Shown here: in pieces, positions 36,561 to 45,092 of the stretch
Position numbering within the stretch: position 1 is the stretch's first letter
How the letters are laid out: each line of letters begins with the position of its first letter
From: an uncultured Coxiellaceae bacterium
Lineage (GTDB): Bacteria > Pseudomonadota > Gammaproteobacteria > DSM-16500
Direction: 5' to 3'
Length of the DNA stretch: 49,875 bases
Assembly: GCA_964427485.1 (NCBI GenBank)
Contig: CAYRUP010000001.1
Coordinates: forward strand, 1 to 49,875
Position numbers and translations under genes: made by a program
Notes under the pieces: generated by a model
The model's database searches: none
What the model saw: only the letters and a program-made list of their open reading frames with translations
What the model was told of the DNA's origin: nothing

Positions 36561-37473
36561 AATTAACCTTTGCGAGTAAATTCTGACATTCAACAAGTTG
36601 TTCTGCCGTTAAGAGAAAAACACCGCCACCACCACGTTGAAATTCCAGCCAAGTGAAAGGTATTTCGGGAAAAGCATCCGCCAATGCATACTCACTATTG
36701 CCAACTTCAACGATCAAAATTCCGTGTGGGTTTAGATAAGCAGGAGCTTGTTGTAAAATTCGAATCACAATATCAAGACCTGATTTACCCGCTTTAAGAC
36801 CGAGTTTAGGTTCATGATGATATTCTTCGGGTAAATTTGCCATGTCTTCTTCATCCACATAAGGCGGATTGCTGACTATCAAATCATATTTTTGAAGCTC
36901 GAGTGAATCGAATAAATCAGCCTGATGAAGCTCAACTTGATTTTCCACCTCATGACGAAGCACATTAATTTTTGCGACGGCAAGTGCATCCGTTGCAATA
37001 TCGGTTGCATCGACATAAGCTTCCGGAAATGCTTTCGCACACGCAATCGCAATACAACCACTTCCCGTGCATAAGTCTAGGATTCTATTTACAGACGAAG
37101 GATCAATCCAAGGTTGAAATTGATTTTCAATGAGTTCAGCAATGGGTGAACGGGGAATTAATACCCGCTCATCGACATAAAAAGTCAAACCAGCAAACCA
37201 AGCTTCATGCGTTAAATAAGGCAGTGGAACACGCTCATGAATTCGCCGATGAATGATTTTATAGAGGGTTTCACGTTCCGTCATCGTCAGTTTGGCGTCT
37301 AAGACGGTGGGGTTAATATCATGCGGTAAATGCAAAGTATGCAAAATGAGGGCGATCGCTTCATCCCAAGCGCTCTCCGTACCATGACCAAAACAAAGCC
37401 CTGCCTCATTAAAACGACTGACGGTCCAGCGTAAAAAATCGCGAATAGTAACTAATTCAGAAAGTTCTTTCAT
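36550..37473 (-). CDS. prmB: 50S ribosomal protein L3 glutamine N5-methyltransferase
   Basis: SAM motif [13 protein letters not shown] and catalytic IVSNPPYVD. It lies upstream of and overlapping aroC, matching the conserved prmB-aroC pair. Confidence 0.9.
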   Translation of the reverse strand: MKELSELVTIRDFLRWTVSRFNEAGLCFGHGTESAWDEAIALILHTLHLPHDINPTVLDAKLTMTERETLYKIIHRRIHERVPLPYLTHEAWFAGLTFYVDERVLIPRSPIAELIENQFQPWIDPSSVNRILDLCTGSGCIAIACAKAFPEAYVDATDIATDALAVAKINVLRHEVENQVELHQADLFDSLELQKYDLIVSNPPYVDEEDMANLPEEYHHEPKLGLKAGKSGLDIVIRILQQAPAYLNPHGILIVEVGNSEYALADAFPEIPFTWLEFQRGGGGVFLLTAEQLVECQNLLAKVNYVG

Positions 37474-37583
37474 GGGTTCCCGATCCTTAATAAAAGTACC
37501 GCTATTATTCTACAAAACACATCGTTTTTCATGTGAAATATCCGTATAATTTCCAGCGATTATACATAGCTCCCTGGGGCTGA

Positions 37584-37666
37584 TGTCATCCTGAGCGCAG
37601 CGAAGGATCACTAAATCATAATAAGGCGATCCTTCGCTGCGCTCAGGATGACATTTGTTCCTTAGC
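37584..37666. repeat. R3 palindromic repeat, full copy
   Basis: TGTCATCCTGAGCGCAGCGAAGGATC - ACTAAATCATAATAAGGC - GATCCTTCGCTGCGCTCAGGATGACA (26-bp perfect arms), plus a conserved tail TTTGTTCCTTAGC. It lies in the divergent prmB/nagZ spacer. Confidence 0.9.
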
Positions 37667-37686
37667 TTGATACTTAGGGAAAAAGG

Positions 37687-38742
37687 GTGACGAATCATAT
37701 GTCGCAACAAATCGGTCCAGTCATTATTGATTTGATGAGCCATGAGCTCAGCCAAGAGGAGCACGAGCTCCTTCAACATCCACTCGTGGGCGGCATTATT
37801 TTATTTGCCCGTAATTTTACATCAGCGGGTCAAATAACCGAACTTTGCCGCACCGTGCGTGCCGCGCGTAAAACACCTCTTTTAATTACAGTCGATCAAG
37901 AGGGTGGGCGGGTACAGCGTTTTAAAGAAGATTTTGTGCGATTACCCAGCATGGGAGAAATCGGCAAGCTTTACCATACTTCTTCGGAAGAGGGTCGACA
38001 TTTTGCGTATTGTACGGGTTGGATAATGGCGGCAGAATTATTGGCCGTGGGAGTGGATTTAAGTTTTGCGCCGGTGTTGGATCTTGATAAACAACGGAAT
38101 ACGGTGGTGGGCGATCGCTCTTTTTCTGCTAAACCCGCAGTAGTCAGTGTATTAGCCCAAACCGTTATGCGTGGTATGCATGAAGCTGGCATGGCTGCAA
38201 CGGGAAAACATTTTCCCGGCCATGGAACAGTCACAGTGGATTCACATATTGGATTGCCTCACGATGCGCGTAGTTTTAATAAGGTTTATCAGGATGATAT
38301 GCAGCCATTTATTGAATTGATCAATGCGGGCATTGATGCGATGATGCCAGCACATATTGTGTTTTCAAAAATTGATGAAAAACAAGTTGGTTTTTCGCGT
38401 TATTGGTTACAAGAAATTTTACGTAAAAAATTGAATTTTTCAGGTGTGATATTTAGCGATGATCTTAATATGCAAGGTGCGGAAGTTCTGGGTGGCTATG
38501 CAGATCGCGCAGCGCTCGCATTCGAGGCGGGTTGTGATCTGGTGTTAATTTGTAACAACCGAGCAGGCGCAATTCATATTTTAGATCATTTACCTCAACA
38601 CGCTTCCGTTTCGCCGGAAAAATTTAATCGGTTAAAAGGAAAGTTTTCACATAATTTGGCCTCATTACATGCATCGGATGCATGGAAAAATCATGTTAAT
38701 ACATTTATTCAATACAGGAAGGCGTATGAAAACAACCCATAA
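37687..38742 (+). CDS. nagZ: beta-N-acetylhexosaminidase
   Basis: GH3 motifs KHFPGHG and VIFSDDLNM. GTG 37687 or ATG 37699 (MSQQIGPVIIDL) could be the start. Confidence 0.92.
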   Translation: MTNHMSQQIGPVIIDLMSHELSQEEHELLQHPLVGGIILFARNFTSAGQITELCRTVRAARKTPLLITVDQEGGRVQRFKEDFVRLPSMGEIGKLYHTSSEEGRHFAYCTGWIMAAELLAVGVDLSFAPVLDLDKQRNTVVGDRSFSAKPAVVSVLAQTVMRGMHEAGMAATGKHFPGHGTVTVDSHIGLPHDARSFNKVYQDDMQPFIELINAGIDAMMPAHIVFSKIDEKQVGFSRYWLQEILRKKLNFSGVIFSDDLNMQGAEVLGGYADRAALAFEAGCDLVLICNNRAGAIHILDHLPQHASVSPEKFNRLKGKFSHNLASLHASDAWKNHVNTFIQYRKAYENNP

Positions 38743-39286
38743 TATTAAAGAGGTATTTGCTAAAGCAGAATGCATTTATGATTTAAAACAGATGGAAAAA
38801 GCATTCGATAAAATGTCTCGCGAAATTACGGACAAATTACAAGATGAAAATCCATTGGTATTATGCGTGATGGTTGGTGCTCTGATTCCTGCGGGACATC
38901 TATTAACGCGGTTACATTTTCCGCTGGAAGTCGATTATATTCATGCGACTCGTTATCGTGGAACAATCCGCGGCGGCGATTTACATTGGCTTGTTGAGCC
39001 ACGTAAATCACTAAAGGATCGCACTATTCTAATTATCGATGATATTATGGATGGTGGTTTAACATTAGCAGCGATCATTGATTATTGTAATCAGTTAGGT
39101 GCAAAAGCGGTTTATACCGCCGTGATGGTTAATAAAATTCGTCAACGCGAACCCAATGTTCATTTTGAGCCTGATTTTGTCGGTGTGACGACAGAAGATC
39201 GTTATTTAGTGGGTTTTGGGTTGGATTACGAAGAATATTTGCGTAATGCACCGGGAATCTATGCAATTGCTGAAGAACATCAGTAA
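38726..39286 (+). CDS. hypoxanthine/guanine phosphoribosyltransferase family protein
   Basis: PRPP-binding loop ILIIDDIMDGGLTL. Start at ATG 38726 after CAGGAAGG, overlapping the nagZ end by 17 nt. Confidence 0.85.
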   Translation: MKTTHNIKEVFAKAECIYDLKQMEKAFDKMSREITDKLQDENPLVLCVMVGALIPAGHLLTRLHFPLEVDYIHATRYRGTIRGGDLHWLVEPRKSLKDRTILIIDDIMDGGLTLAAIIDYCNQLGAKAVYTAVMVNKIRQREPNVHFEPDFVGVTTEDRYLVGFGLDYEEYLRNAPGIYAIAEEHQ

Positions 39287-39302
39287 AGTCAAGGAGAGAC
39301 TT

Positions 39303-40085
39303 ATGAAACAGTATGGCTTTTTGCAAGCAATTTACATGTCATTTTATTCACGTGCTCTGTATCGCGATATCGCAAAAAATTGGGGTGCTGAAGTATTATT
39401 GTATTTGTTCATGTTACTTGCGATTTGTTGGATTGTTTTAATGTTTCAAATCCAACCTGCGTTAAACCGCGGCGTTAAGCTTTTTGCTGATACGGTAGTG
39501 CCTCAATTACCGGAAATGATTTATATCAAAGAAGGTATTGTCAGCACACCGGAAGCGCGCCCTTACTTTGTGCGTGATTCAGAAACACAAAAAGTGTTAG
39601 CGGTGATCGATACGACAGGTAAATATACCACCTTAGAAGAAACCCAGAGTTCATTTTTATTAACAAAAGATACCGTCATTTATGCAGATAAAAATGCGGT
39701 TAGAATCCAAAAGCTGCCAACGACTCTAACAAAAGACATTAATCCAACTCAAGTGAAAGAGGTTGCAATTAAATTTGTTGGTTGGTTATGGGTTCTACTG
39801 TTGCCTATTTTATTGTTAAGTTCGTTTATTTATCGTTTAGTTCAAGCTTTGTTTTATGCCTTGTTAGGCAAGCTTTTTGCCGTATTATCGAATATATCTA
39901 TTTACTATTTTGACATATTCAAATTAGCCGTCGTGGCAATTACGCCAGCGATCGTGATAACTACAGTGGTCGAATGGTTGAATGTCTGGCAGCATGGTCA
40001 CCTATTAATTTATTTTATTTTATCGATGGCTTATTTGATATTTGCGATCAGAAGCATTGATATAAAAAAGAGAATCGATTTTTAA
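39303..40085 (+). CDS. DUF1189-like polytopic membrane protein
   Basis: Start at ATG 39303 after AAGGAG (39291-39296). The N-terminus MKQYGFLQAIYMSFYSRALYRDIAKNWG and the TM pattern resemble the DUF1189 family. This assignment is from memory only. Confidence 0.65.
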   Translation: MKQYGFLQAIYMSFYSRALYRDIAKNWGAEVLLYLFMLLAICWIVLMFQIQPALNRGVKLFADTVVPQLPEMIYIKEGIVSTPEARPYFVRDSETQKVLAVIDTTGKYTTLEETQSSFLLTKDTVIYADKNAVRIQKLPTTLTKDINPTQVKEVAIKFVGWLWVLLLPILLLSSFIYRLVQALFYALLGKLFAVLSNISIYYFDIFKLAVVAITPAIVITTVVEWLNVWQHGHLLIYFILSMAYLIFAIRSIDIKKRIDF

Positions 40086-40100
40086 AAAGGAACTGAAGTC

Positions 40101-42575
40101 ATGGGATGGATTTGGGTGTTAGGTTTTGCGTTGTTATTCAGTATGCTCGCGTACAACCGTGCCAAATTGACAGTTTGGACTGTGGGCATGGTTGTCTTTT
40201 TATTACTGCTGACGCGATTAAGTCACATGTCTTCGTGGGGTTTAATCACCGCATGGGCTCTCTTTTTTATTATTTTTCTTCCGTTACAAATTACTGCATG
40301 GCGATATAAATTCATTAGTCGACCTATACTCAAATTTTATCGCAAAGCGATGCCAACCATGTCTCGTACAGAAAGAGAAGCGTTGGCAGCCGGCACGGTT
40401 GCTTGGGAAGGAGAATTATTTCGTGGTAATCCCCATTGGAATACATTGTTAAGTTTTCCAAAACCTAAATTATCCGATGAAGAAGTCGCGTTTCTGAATG
40501 GTCCAGTTGAGGTCCTCTGCAGCATGATTGATGATTGGGATATTACTCATGTACGCGCCGATTTGCCGCCCGAAATATGGAATTTTTTAATTAGTGAAGG
40601 ATTTTTCTCACTGATTGTTTCTAAAGAATATGGCGGCAAAGAATTTTCCGCCTTCGCGCATTCCCAAGTGTTAACCAAGGTTTATAGTAAAAGTGCATCC
40701 GTTGCAACGACGATTGCTGTGCCCAATTCGCTTGGGCCTGCGGAACTCTTAAAGCATTATGGGACGAACGAACAAAAGAAATATTATTTGCCTCGTCTGG
40801 CGCGTGGCGAAGAAATACCTTGTTTCGCTTTAACAGGACCTGAAGCAGGTTCTGATGCCGGTGCGATGTCAGATAAAGGCACCGTTTGTTGGGGTGAAAT
40901 TGACGGTAAAAAAGTATTAGGTATCCAGTTGAATTTTGATAAACGGTATATCACCTTGGCACCTGTTGCAACGGTGATTGGATTAGCCTTCAAATTATAT
41001 GATCCTGATCATTTGATCGGGAATAAAAAAGATTTAGGTATCACTTGTGCATTGATTCCTCGCAATACACCCGGGATGAGTATTGGCCGCCGGCATTTTC
41101 CAGTGAATTCTGCTTTTCAAAATGGCCCTATTCATGGCAAAGATATGTTTATTCCTGTCGATTGGATTATTGGTGGTGCGAAAATGGCAGGCCAAGGCTG
41201 GCGCATGTTAATGGAATGTTTAGCTTCCGGACGAGCCATTTCTTTGCCAGCCAGTAGTTTGGGCGGCGCAAAATTATTGGCATACACAACCGGTGCTTAT
41301 GCGCGGGTACGCCGTCAATTCAATGTGCCTATCGGACGATTTGAAGGTATTGAAGAAGCATTAGCGCGCATTGCCGGTTATACCTATATTATGGATGCTA
41401 CGCGTTCATTTACCGCATCGATGATTGATATGGGTGAAAAACCTGCGATTGGATCAGCGATTACGAAATACCATGTCACGGAGTTGGGCCGTATCGTGGG
41501 TAATGATGCAATGGATATTCATGGCGGAAAAGGCATTTGTCTTGGTCCACAAAATTATCTGGGACGTGCCTATGAAGCCATTCCCATTGCAATCACGGTG
41601 GAAGGCGCGAACATTTTGACGCGCAGTCTTATTATTTTCGGTCAAGGTGCTATGCGTTGTCACCCTTATGTATTCGCTGAATTTGATGCGGCACGTAATA
41701 CCGATGAAACAGAAAGTCTGATTGAATTTGATAAAGCGCTCATGGGTCATATGAGTTTCACGATGAGCAATTTGGTGAGAAGTCTTGTGTTGGGGTTGAC
41801 TGCAGGGCGATTAGTGATTGCTCCCGAAGGAAAAACCAAACGTTATTTCCAGCAAGCCACACGTTTCAGTGCGGCATTTGCTTTAATGGCCGATGTTGCT
41901 ATGTTGGTCTTAGGTGGTTCACTGAAGCGCAAGGAAACCATTTCTGCACGTTTAGGCGATATTTTAAGTGAGCTCTATTTATTATCCGCAGTATTGAAGC
42001 ATTATCATGATCAAGGCAAAAACGGCGATGATTTGCCGCTGGTGCGCTGGGCGGGTTTAACTTGTCTTTATAACATTCAACAACGTTTTGACGAGTTACT
42101 CAAAAACTTCCCGAATCGTTTTATGGCTATGCTCTTGAGGATATTGATTTTTCCTCTCGGTAAACGTTTTTCTAAACCCAGTGATAAACTCGGCCATAAA
42201 GTCGCGCAATTGATATTAGACCAAACACCTTCGCGTTATCGATTAACGGAGGGAGCTTATGTTTCGGCAGTAGAGGGCAATATGGCTGCTTTGTTGGAAG
42301 ATGCCTTGCTGAAGACAATTGCGGCTGAACCCATTGAAAAAACATTAAAAACGGCTGTGAGTGACGGGCTTATTGAACATGCTATAATGGTCGAACGCGC
42401 CAAGCAAGCTTATGCCAAGCAGATTATTACGCAGGATCAGCTGGATATTGTTTTAGAAGCCGAAGCAGCGCGTAAGAAGGTTATCGCTGTTGATGATTTC
42501 ACAACAGAAGATTTAATGCATGGGTGTGTGGATTTAAAAAATAAATTTTATGCAAACAAAGAATCAACCAATTAG
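40101..42575 (+). CDS. fadE: long acyl-CoA dehydrogenase FadE
   Basis: 824 aa. N-terminal TM helices, then an acyl-CoA dehydrogenase core (CFALTGPEAGSDAG) and the FadE-type C-terminal extension. Confidence 0.9.
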   Translation: MGWIWVLGFALLFSMLAYNRAKLTVWTVGMVVFLLLLTRLSHMSSWGLITAWALFFIIFLPLQITAWRYKFISRPILKFYRKAMPTMSRTEREALAAGTVAWEGELFRGNPHWNTLLSFPKPKLSDEEVAFLNGPVEVLCSMIDDWDITHVRADLPPEIWNFLISEGFFSLIVSKEYGGKEFSAFAHSQVLTKVYSKSASVATTIAVPNSLGPAELLKHYGTNEQKKYYLPRLARGEEIPCFALTGPEAGSDAGAMSDKGTVCWGEIDGKKVLGIQLNFDKRYITLAPVATVIGLAFKLYDPDHLIGNKKDLGITCALIPRNTPGMSIGRRHFPVNSAFQNGPIHGKDMFIPVDWIIGGAKMAGQGWRMLMECLASGRAISLPASSLGGAKLLAYTTGAYARVRRQFNVPIGRFEGIEEALARIAGYTYIMDATRSFTASMIDMGEKPAIGSAITKYHVTELGRIVGNDAMDIHGGKGICLGPQNYLGRAYEAIPIAITVEGANILTRSLIIFGQGAMRCHPYVFAEFDAARNTDETESLIEFDKALMGHMSFTMSNLVRSLVLGLTAGRLVIAPEGKTKRYFQQATRFSAAFALMADVAMLVLGGSLKRKETISARLGDILSELYLLSAVLKHYHDQGKNGDDLPLVRWAGLTCLYNIQQRFDELLKNFPNRFMAMLLRILIFPLGKRFSKPSDKLGHKVAQLILDQTPSRYRLTEGAYVSAVEGNMAALLEDALLKTIAAEPIEKTLKTAVSDGLIEHAIMVERAKQAYAKQIITQDQLDIVLEAEAARKKVIAVDDFTTEDLMHGCVDLKNKFYANKESTN

Positions 42576-44643
42576 TCCAAAGCAAGGCGGATTGTTCGTA
42601 TCTCTTTTAGTATTGACACTGTTTTTGATTCTAGCAGAGATCAGTTTTTCAATTCAGTGCAGTGAAGGGTATTTTGGCGATTTTAAATTAATCGCCAATC
42701 ACTTGGCGATTCCTTTTTCTGTCGTTTTACCCGGCATACTTTATTTTATCTTTGCGCAATTGCTAGTGCATTTTGTTTTTGTGTTCATGGTGTGGTCTAT
42801 TGCGAGATTGGCCAGTATTGCATTAGGTTTGTCGTGGAAAAAAACCGAAATAATGGGCATTACTTTGTGGTTTGTTGCATTGACTGCATTGTTGCTCAGC
42901 AATCGATTATTGTTTCCCAACTCAAAATTTTCCTATCTTCTTCTCAGTATGGTTCATCCTCATGTCGCTGCGATAAGTTTTGCGGTGCTGTTTTCCATAT
43001 TATTACCCATTGTGTTGTTAGCCTGTTTTGGATTTTTCGTTTTTATTGCGCGAAAAACCATTCGAATTTTTTTGACAGCGGGTTTAGGCTTTGCCGCCAT
43101 GTTGGTCGGATTTTCTTTGCATCAAACTAGCGCTGTGACTGATGCAGGCACTGTAGCTCAGCCTAATATTATTTTGATTAGCTTTGATTCTATGCGGCCC
43201 GATTTTCTTGGTTTTTTTGGGTATACCAAAATGACACCGCATATAGATCAGTTTTTAGATCATTCCACGGTATTTTCTGAAAGTTTAACGCCAATAGCCC
43301 GGACTTATCCTTCCTGGGTGAGTCTCCTGACTGGAATTTATCCTAAATTAAACCATATTCGCACCAATCTGGCGGATCAAACTGAGTTAGATACCAGTGA
43401 AACAATTCCTACCTTGTTACGCGAAGCGGGTTATCGCACTATTTTTGCAACCGATGAAACGCGTTTTAGTAATATTGATCAACGTTATGGATTTGATGAA
43501 GTTGTATCGCCACCGATTGGGTTTAATGATTTTTTATTAGGGACATTGAATGATTTCCCCCTTTCAAATTTAGTCGTGAATACCAGCGTCGGTAAATACT
43601 TATTTCCCTATAGTTATTCGAACCGCGCTATTATTCCTACGTATGATCCAAATAGCTTTTTAAATTTATTACGTCCGACTTTATCACAGCCCAGAACAAA
43701 ACCCACACTTTTAATTACGCATTTCTGTTTACCGCATTTTCCTTATGCATGGTCTAAGTTACCGGTAAAAAAAGTAAGTTTGCATCACTACCAAGCATCG
43801 CTTTCCAGAGCGGATCAACAGTTTTATGATTTTATGGCTATGTTAAAAGAAAATAATTTTCTTCAGCATAGTATTGTTATTTTATTATCGGATCATGGTG
43901 AAGGGGTTGAAATCCCAGGTGATCGAATCACGGATCCTGCTTTATTTATTCCAGGCGACAATAATAAAAACGCTGTCATTCCTCGTTTTTATCCACCGAG
44001 TGCCGCGCATGAAAGGGTCAATACATCGGGTGGTCATGGGACGGATGTGCTTGGGTTATCGCAATATCATACGGTACTTGCTTTTCAGACATTTGGCATA
44101 AAACCAAATCAAGTCAAAATAGTCAATGGTATTGTTACATTGATGGATATTAAACCCACCTTATTGGATTATTTGAATTTGCCATTTGGACGCTCAAGTG
44201 GCGATTCATTAAAGGATTATGTATTTGGGCAAAAAACCTATGTAAATACGGTTCAGGATTTTTTTGTGGAAAGTGATTTTTCACCAGAAGCCGTTCGCAC
44301 CGTGCATCCTGAGGAACGTAAAGTGTTATTTGAAGGCATTGATTATTTTCGCATTGATCCCATTTCGGCTCGGATTGTGGTGAAAGATAGTATGTTGAAA
44401 ATGATTATCTCCAGTAAACAATACGCAAATTATTATGGCCAGTGGGTATTAGCATTATATCCACAAAAAAATAAGCAGATGATGCCAATTTTGGTTGATC
44501 TTAAATCAGGGCGTTGGACGAATGATTTAAACACAAGCTTTGCAAAACAATCTCCAGCCGAGCATATGCTGATTGCATTGAAGCATTTCTTTGGAAAGGA
44601 TATTGTAAACATCACGGCTAAGAAAGCCCTACGGGATCACTAA
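42550..44643 (+). CDS. membrane-anchored sulfatase-family (alkaline phosphatase superfamily) hydrolase/transferase
   Basis: ~190 aa of TM helices, then the sulfatase-domain motifs NIILISFDSMRPDFLG, TYPSWVSLLTG and ILLSDHGEG. It overlaps the fadE end by 26 nt. The last codons and the stop lie inside an R3 repeat. Confidence 0.8.
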   Translation: MQTKNQPISPKQGGLFVSLLVLTLFLILAEISFSIQCSEGYFGDFKLIANHLAIPFSVVLPGILYFIFAQLLVHFVFVFMVWSIARLASIALGLSWKKTEIMGITLWFVALTALLLSNRLLFPNSKFSYLLLSMVHPHVAAISFAVLFSILLPIVLLACFGFFVFIARKTIRIFLTAGLGFAAMLVGFSLHQTSAVTDAGTVAQPNIILISFDSMRPDFLGFFGYTKMTPHIDQFLDHSTVFSESLTPIARTYPSWVSLLTGIYPKLNHIRTNLADQTELDTSETIPTLLREAGYRTIFATDETRFSNIDQRYGFDEVVSPPIGFNDFLLGTLNDFPLSNLVVNTSVGKYLFPYSYSNRAIIPTYDPNSFLNLLRPTLSQPRTKPTLLITHFCLPHFPYAWSKLPVKKVSLHHYQASLSRADQQFYDFMAMLKENNFLQHSIVILLSDHGEGVEIPGDRITDPALFIPGDNNKNAVIPRFYPPSAAHERVNTSGGHGTDVLGLSQYHTVLAFQTFGIKPNQVKIVNGIVTLMDIKPTLLDYLNLPFGRSSGDSLKDYVFGQKTYVNTVQDFFVESDFSPEAVRTVHPEERKVLFEGIDYFRIDPISARIVVKDSMLKMIISSKQYANYYGQWVLALYPQKNKQMMPILVDLKSGRWTNDLNTSFAKQSPAEHMLIALKHFFGKDIVNITAKKALRDH

Positions 44644-44695
44644 ATTATAATAAGGCGATCCTTCGCTGCGCTCAGGATGACATTTGTTCCTTAGC
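44634..44695. repeat. R3 palindromic repeat, right-half copy
   Basis: GGATCACTAAATTATAATAAGGCGATCCTTCGCTGCGCTCAGGATGACATTTGTTCCTTAGC matches the copy at 37604-37666 with one mismatch. The left arm is not recognisable in the upstream coding sequence. Confidence 0.88.
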
Positions 44696-44697
44696 CG

Positions 44698-44743
44698 GTA
44701 GGGTGGATTAGATGCGTTTTTTGCATCGTAATCCACCAAATTT
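44698..44743. repeat. R2 palindromic repeat, half copy
   Basis: GTAGGGTGGATTAGATGCGTTTTTTGCATCGTAATCCACCAAATTT is identical to 1494-1539. It lies 2 nt after the R3 copy. Confidence 0.9.
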
Positions 44744-44950
44744 CTAAGCAGTTGGCCTTGAAACTTGTGCACATGTGCCTTCATTCCAGTCTTGCTTCAT
44801 AAGCAAAAGTTCTAGATAGGCCGATAACAAATTATTACCCCGCAACTTATTGAAAATACCAGCGTGTTTAACACTGTTTAATTACTGTCCTTTCTCTCAA
44901 GTTGCTACTCTTATCAAGCTTACGCGGGTTTTCTATAGGTTAATAACAGA

Positions 44951-44975
44951 GTTACCCACAGAATCTGTGGGTAAC
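44951..44975. other. 11-bp perfect hairpin in the convergent spacer
   Basis: GTTACCCACAG - AAT - CTGTGGGTAAC. Confidence 0.6.
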
Positions 44976-44998
44976 TTAGACCACCCTCAACCAAAGAA

Positions 44999-45044
44999 CT
45001 CCCTTCTCCCAGCGATAGCTGGGAGAAGGGTAGGGGATGAGGGT
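44999..45044. repeat. R1 palindromic repeat, half copy
   Basis: CTCCCTTCTCCC-AGCGATAGCT-GGGAGAAGGGTAGGGGATGAGGGT, ending 48 nt beyond the stop of the Lon-like gene (which lies on the minus strand). Confidence 0.85.
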
Positions 45045-45092
45045 GTGGCAAAATCTCTTTTAAACTGTCAAGTCAATCGCAAACAAACCCTA

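Noticed and set aside
37510-37779. Track ORF 37510-37779(-), 89 aa
   Set aside because: It is a translation of the R3 palindrome (CHPERSEGSP ... ILRCAQDDIS) and overlaps the nagZ start. Repeat-derived.
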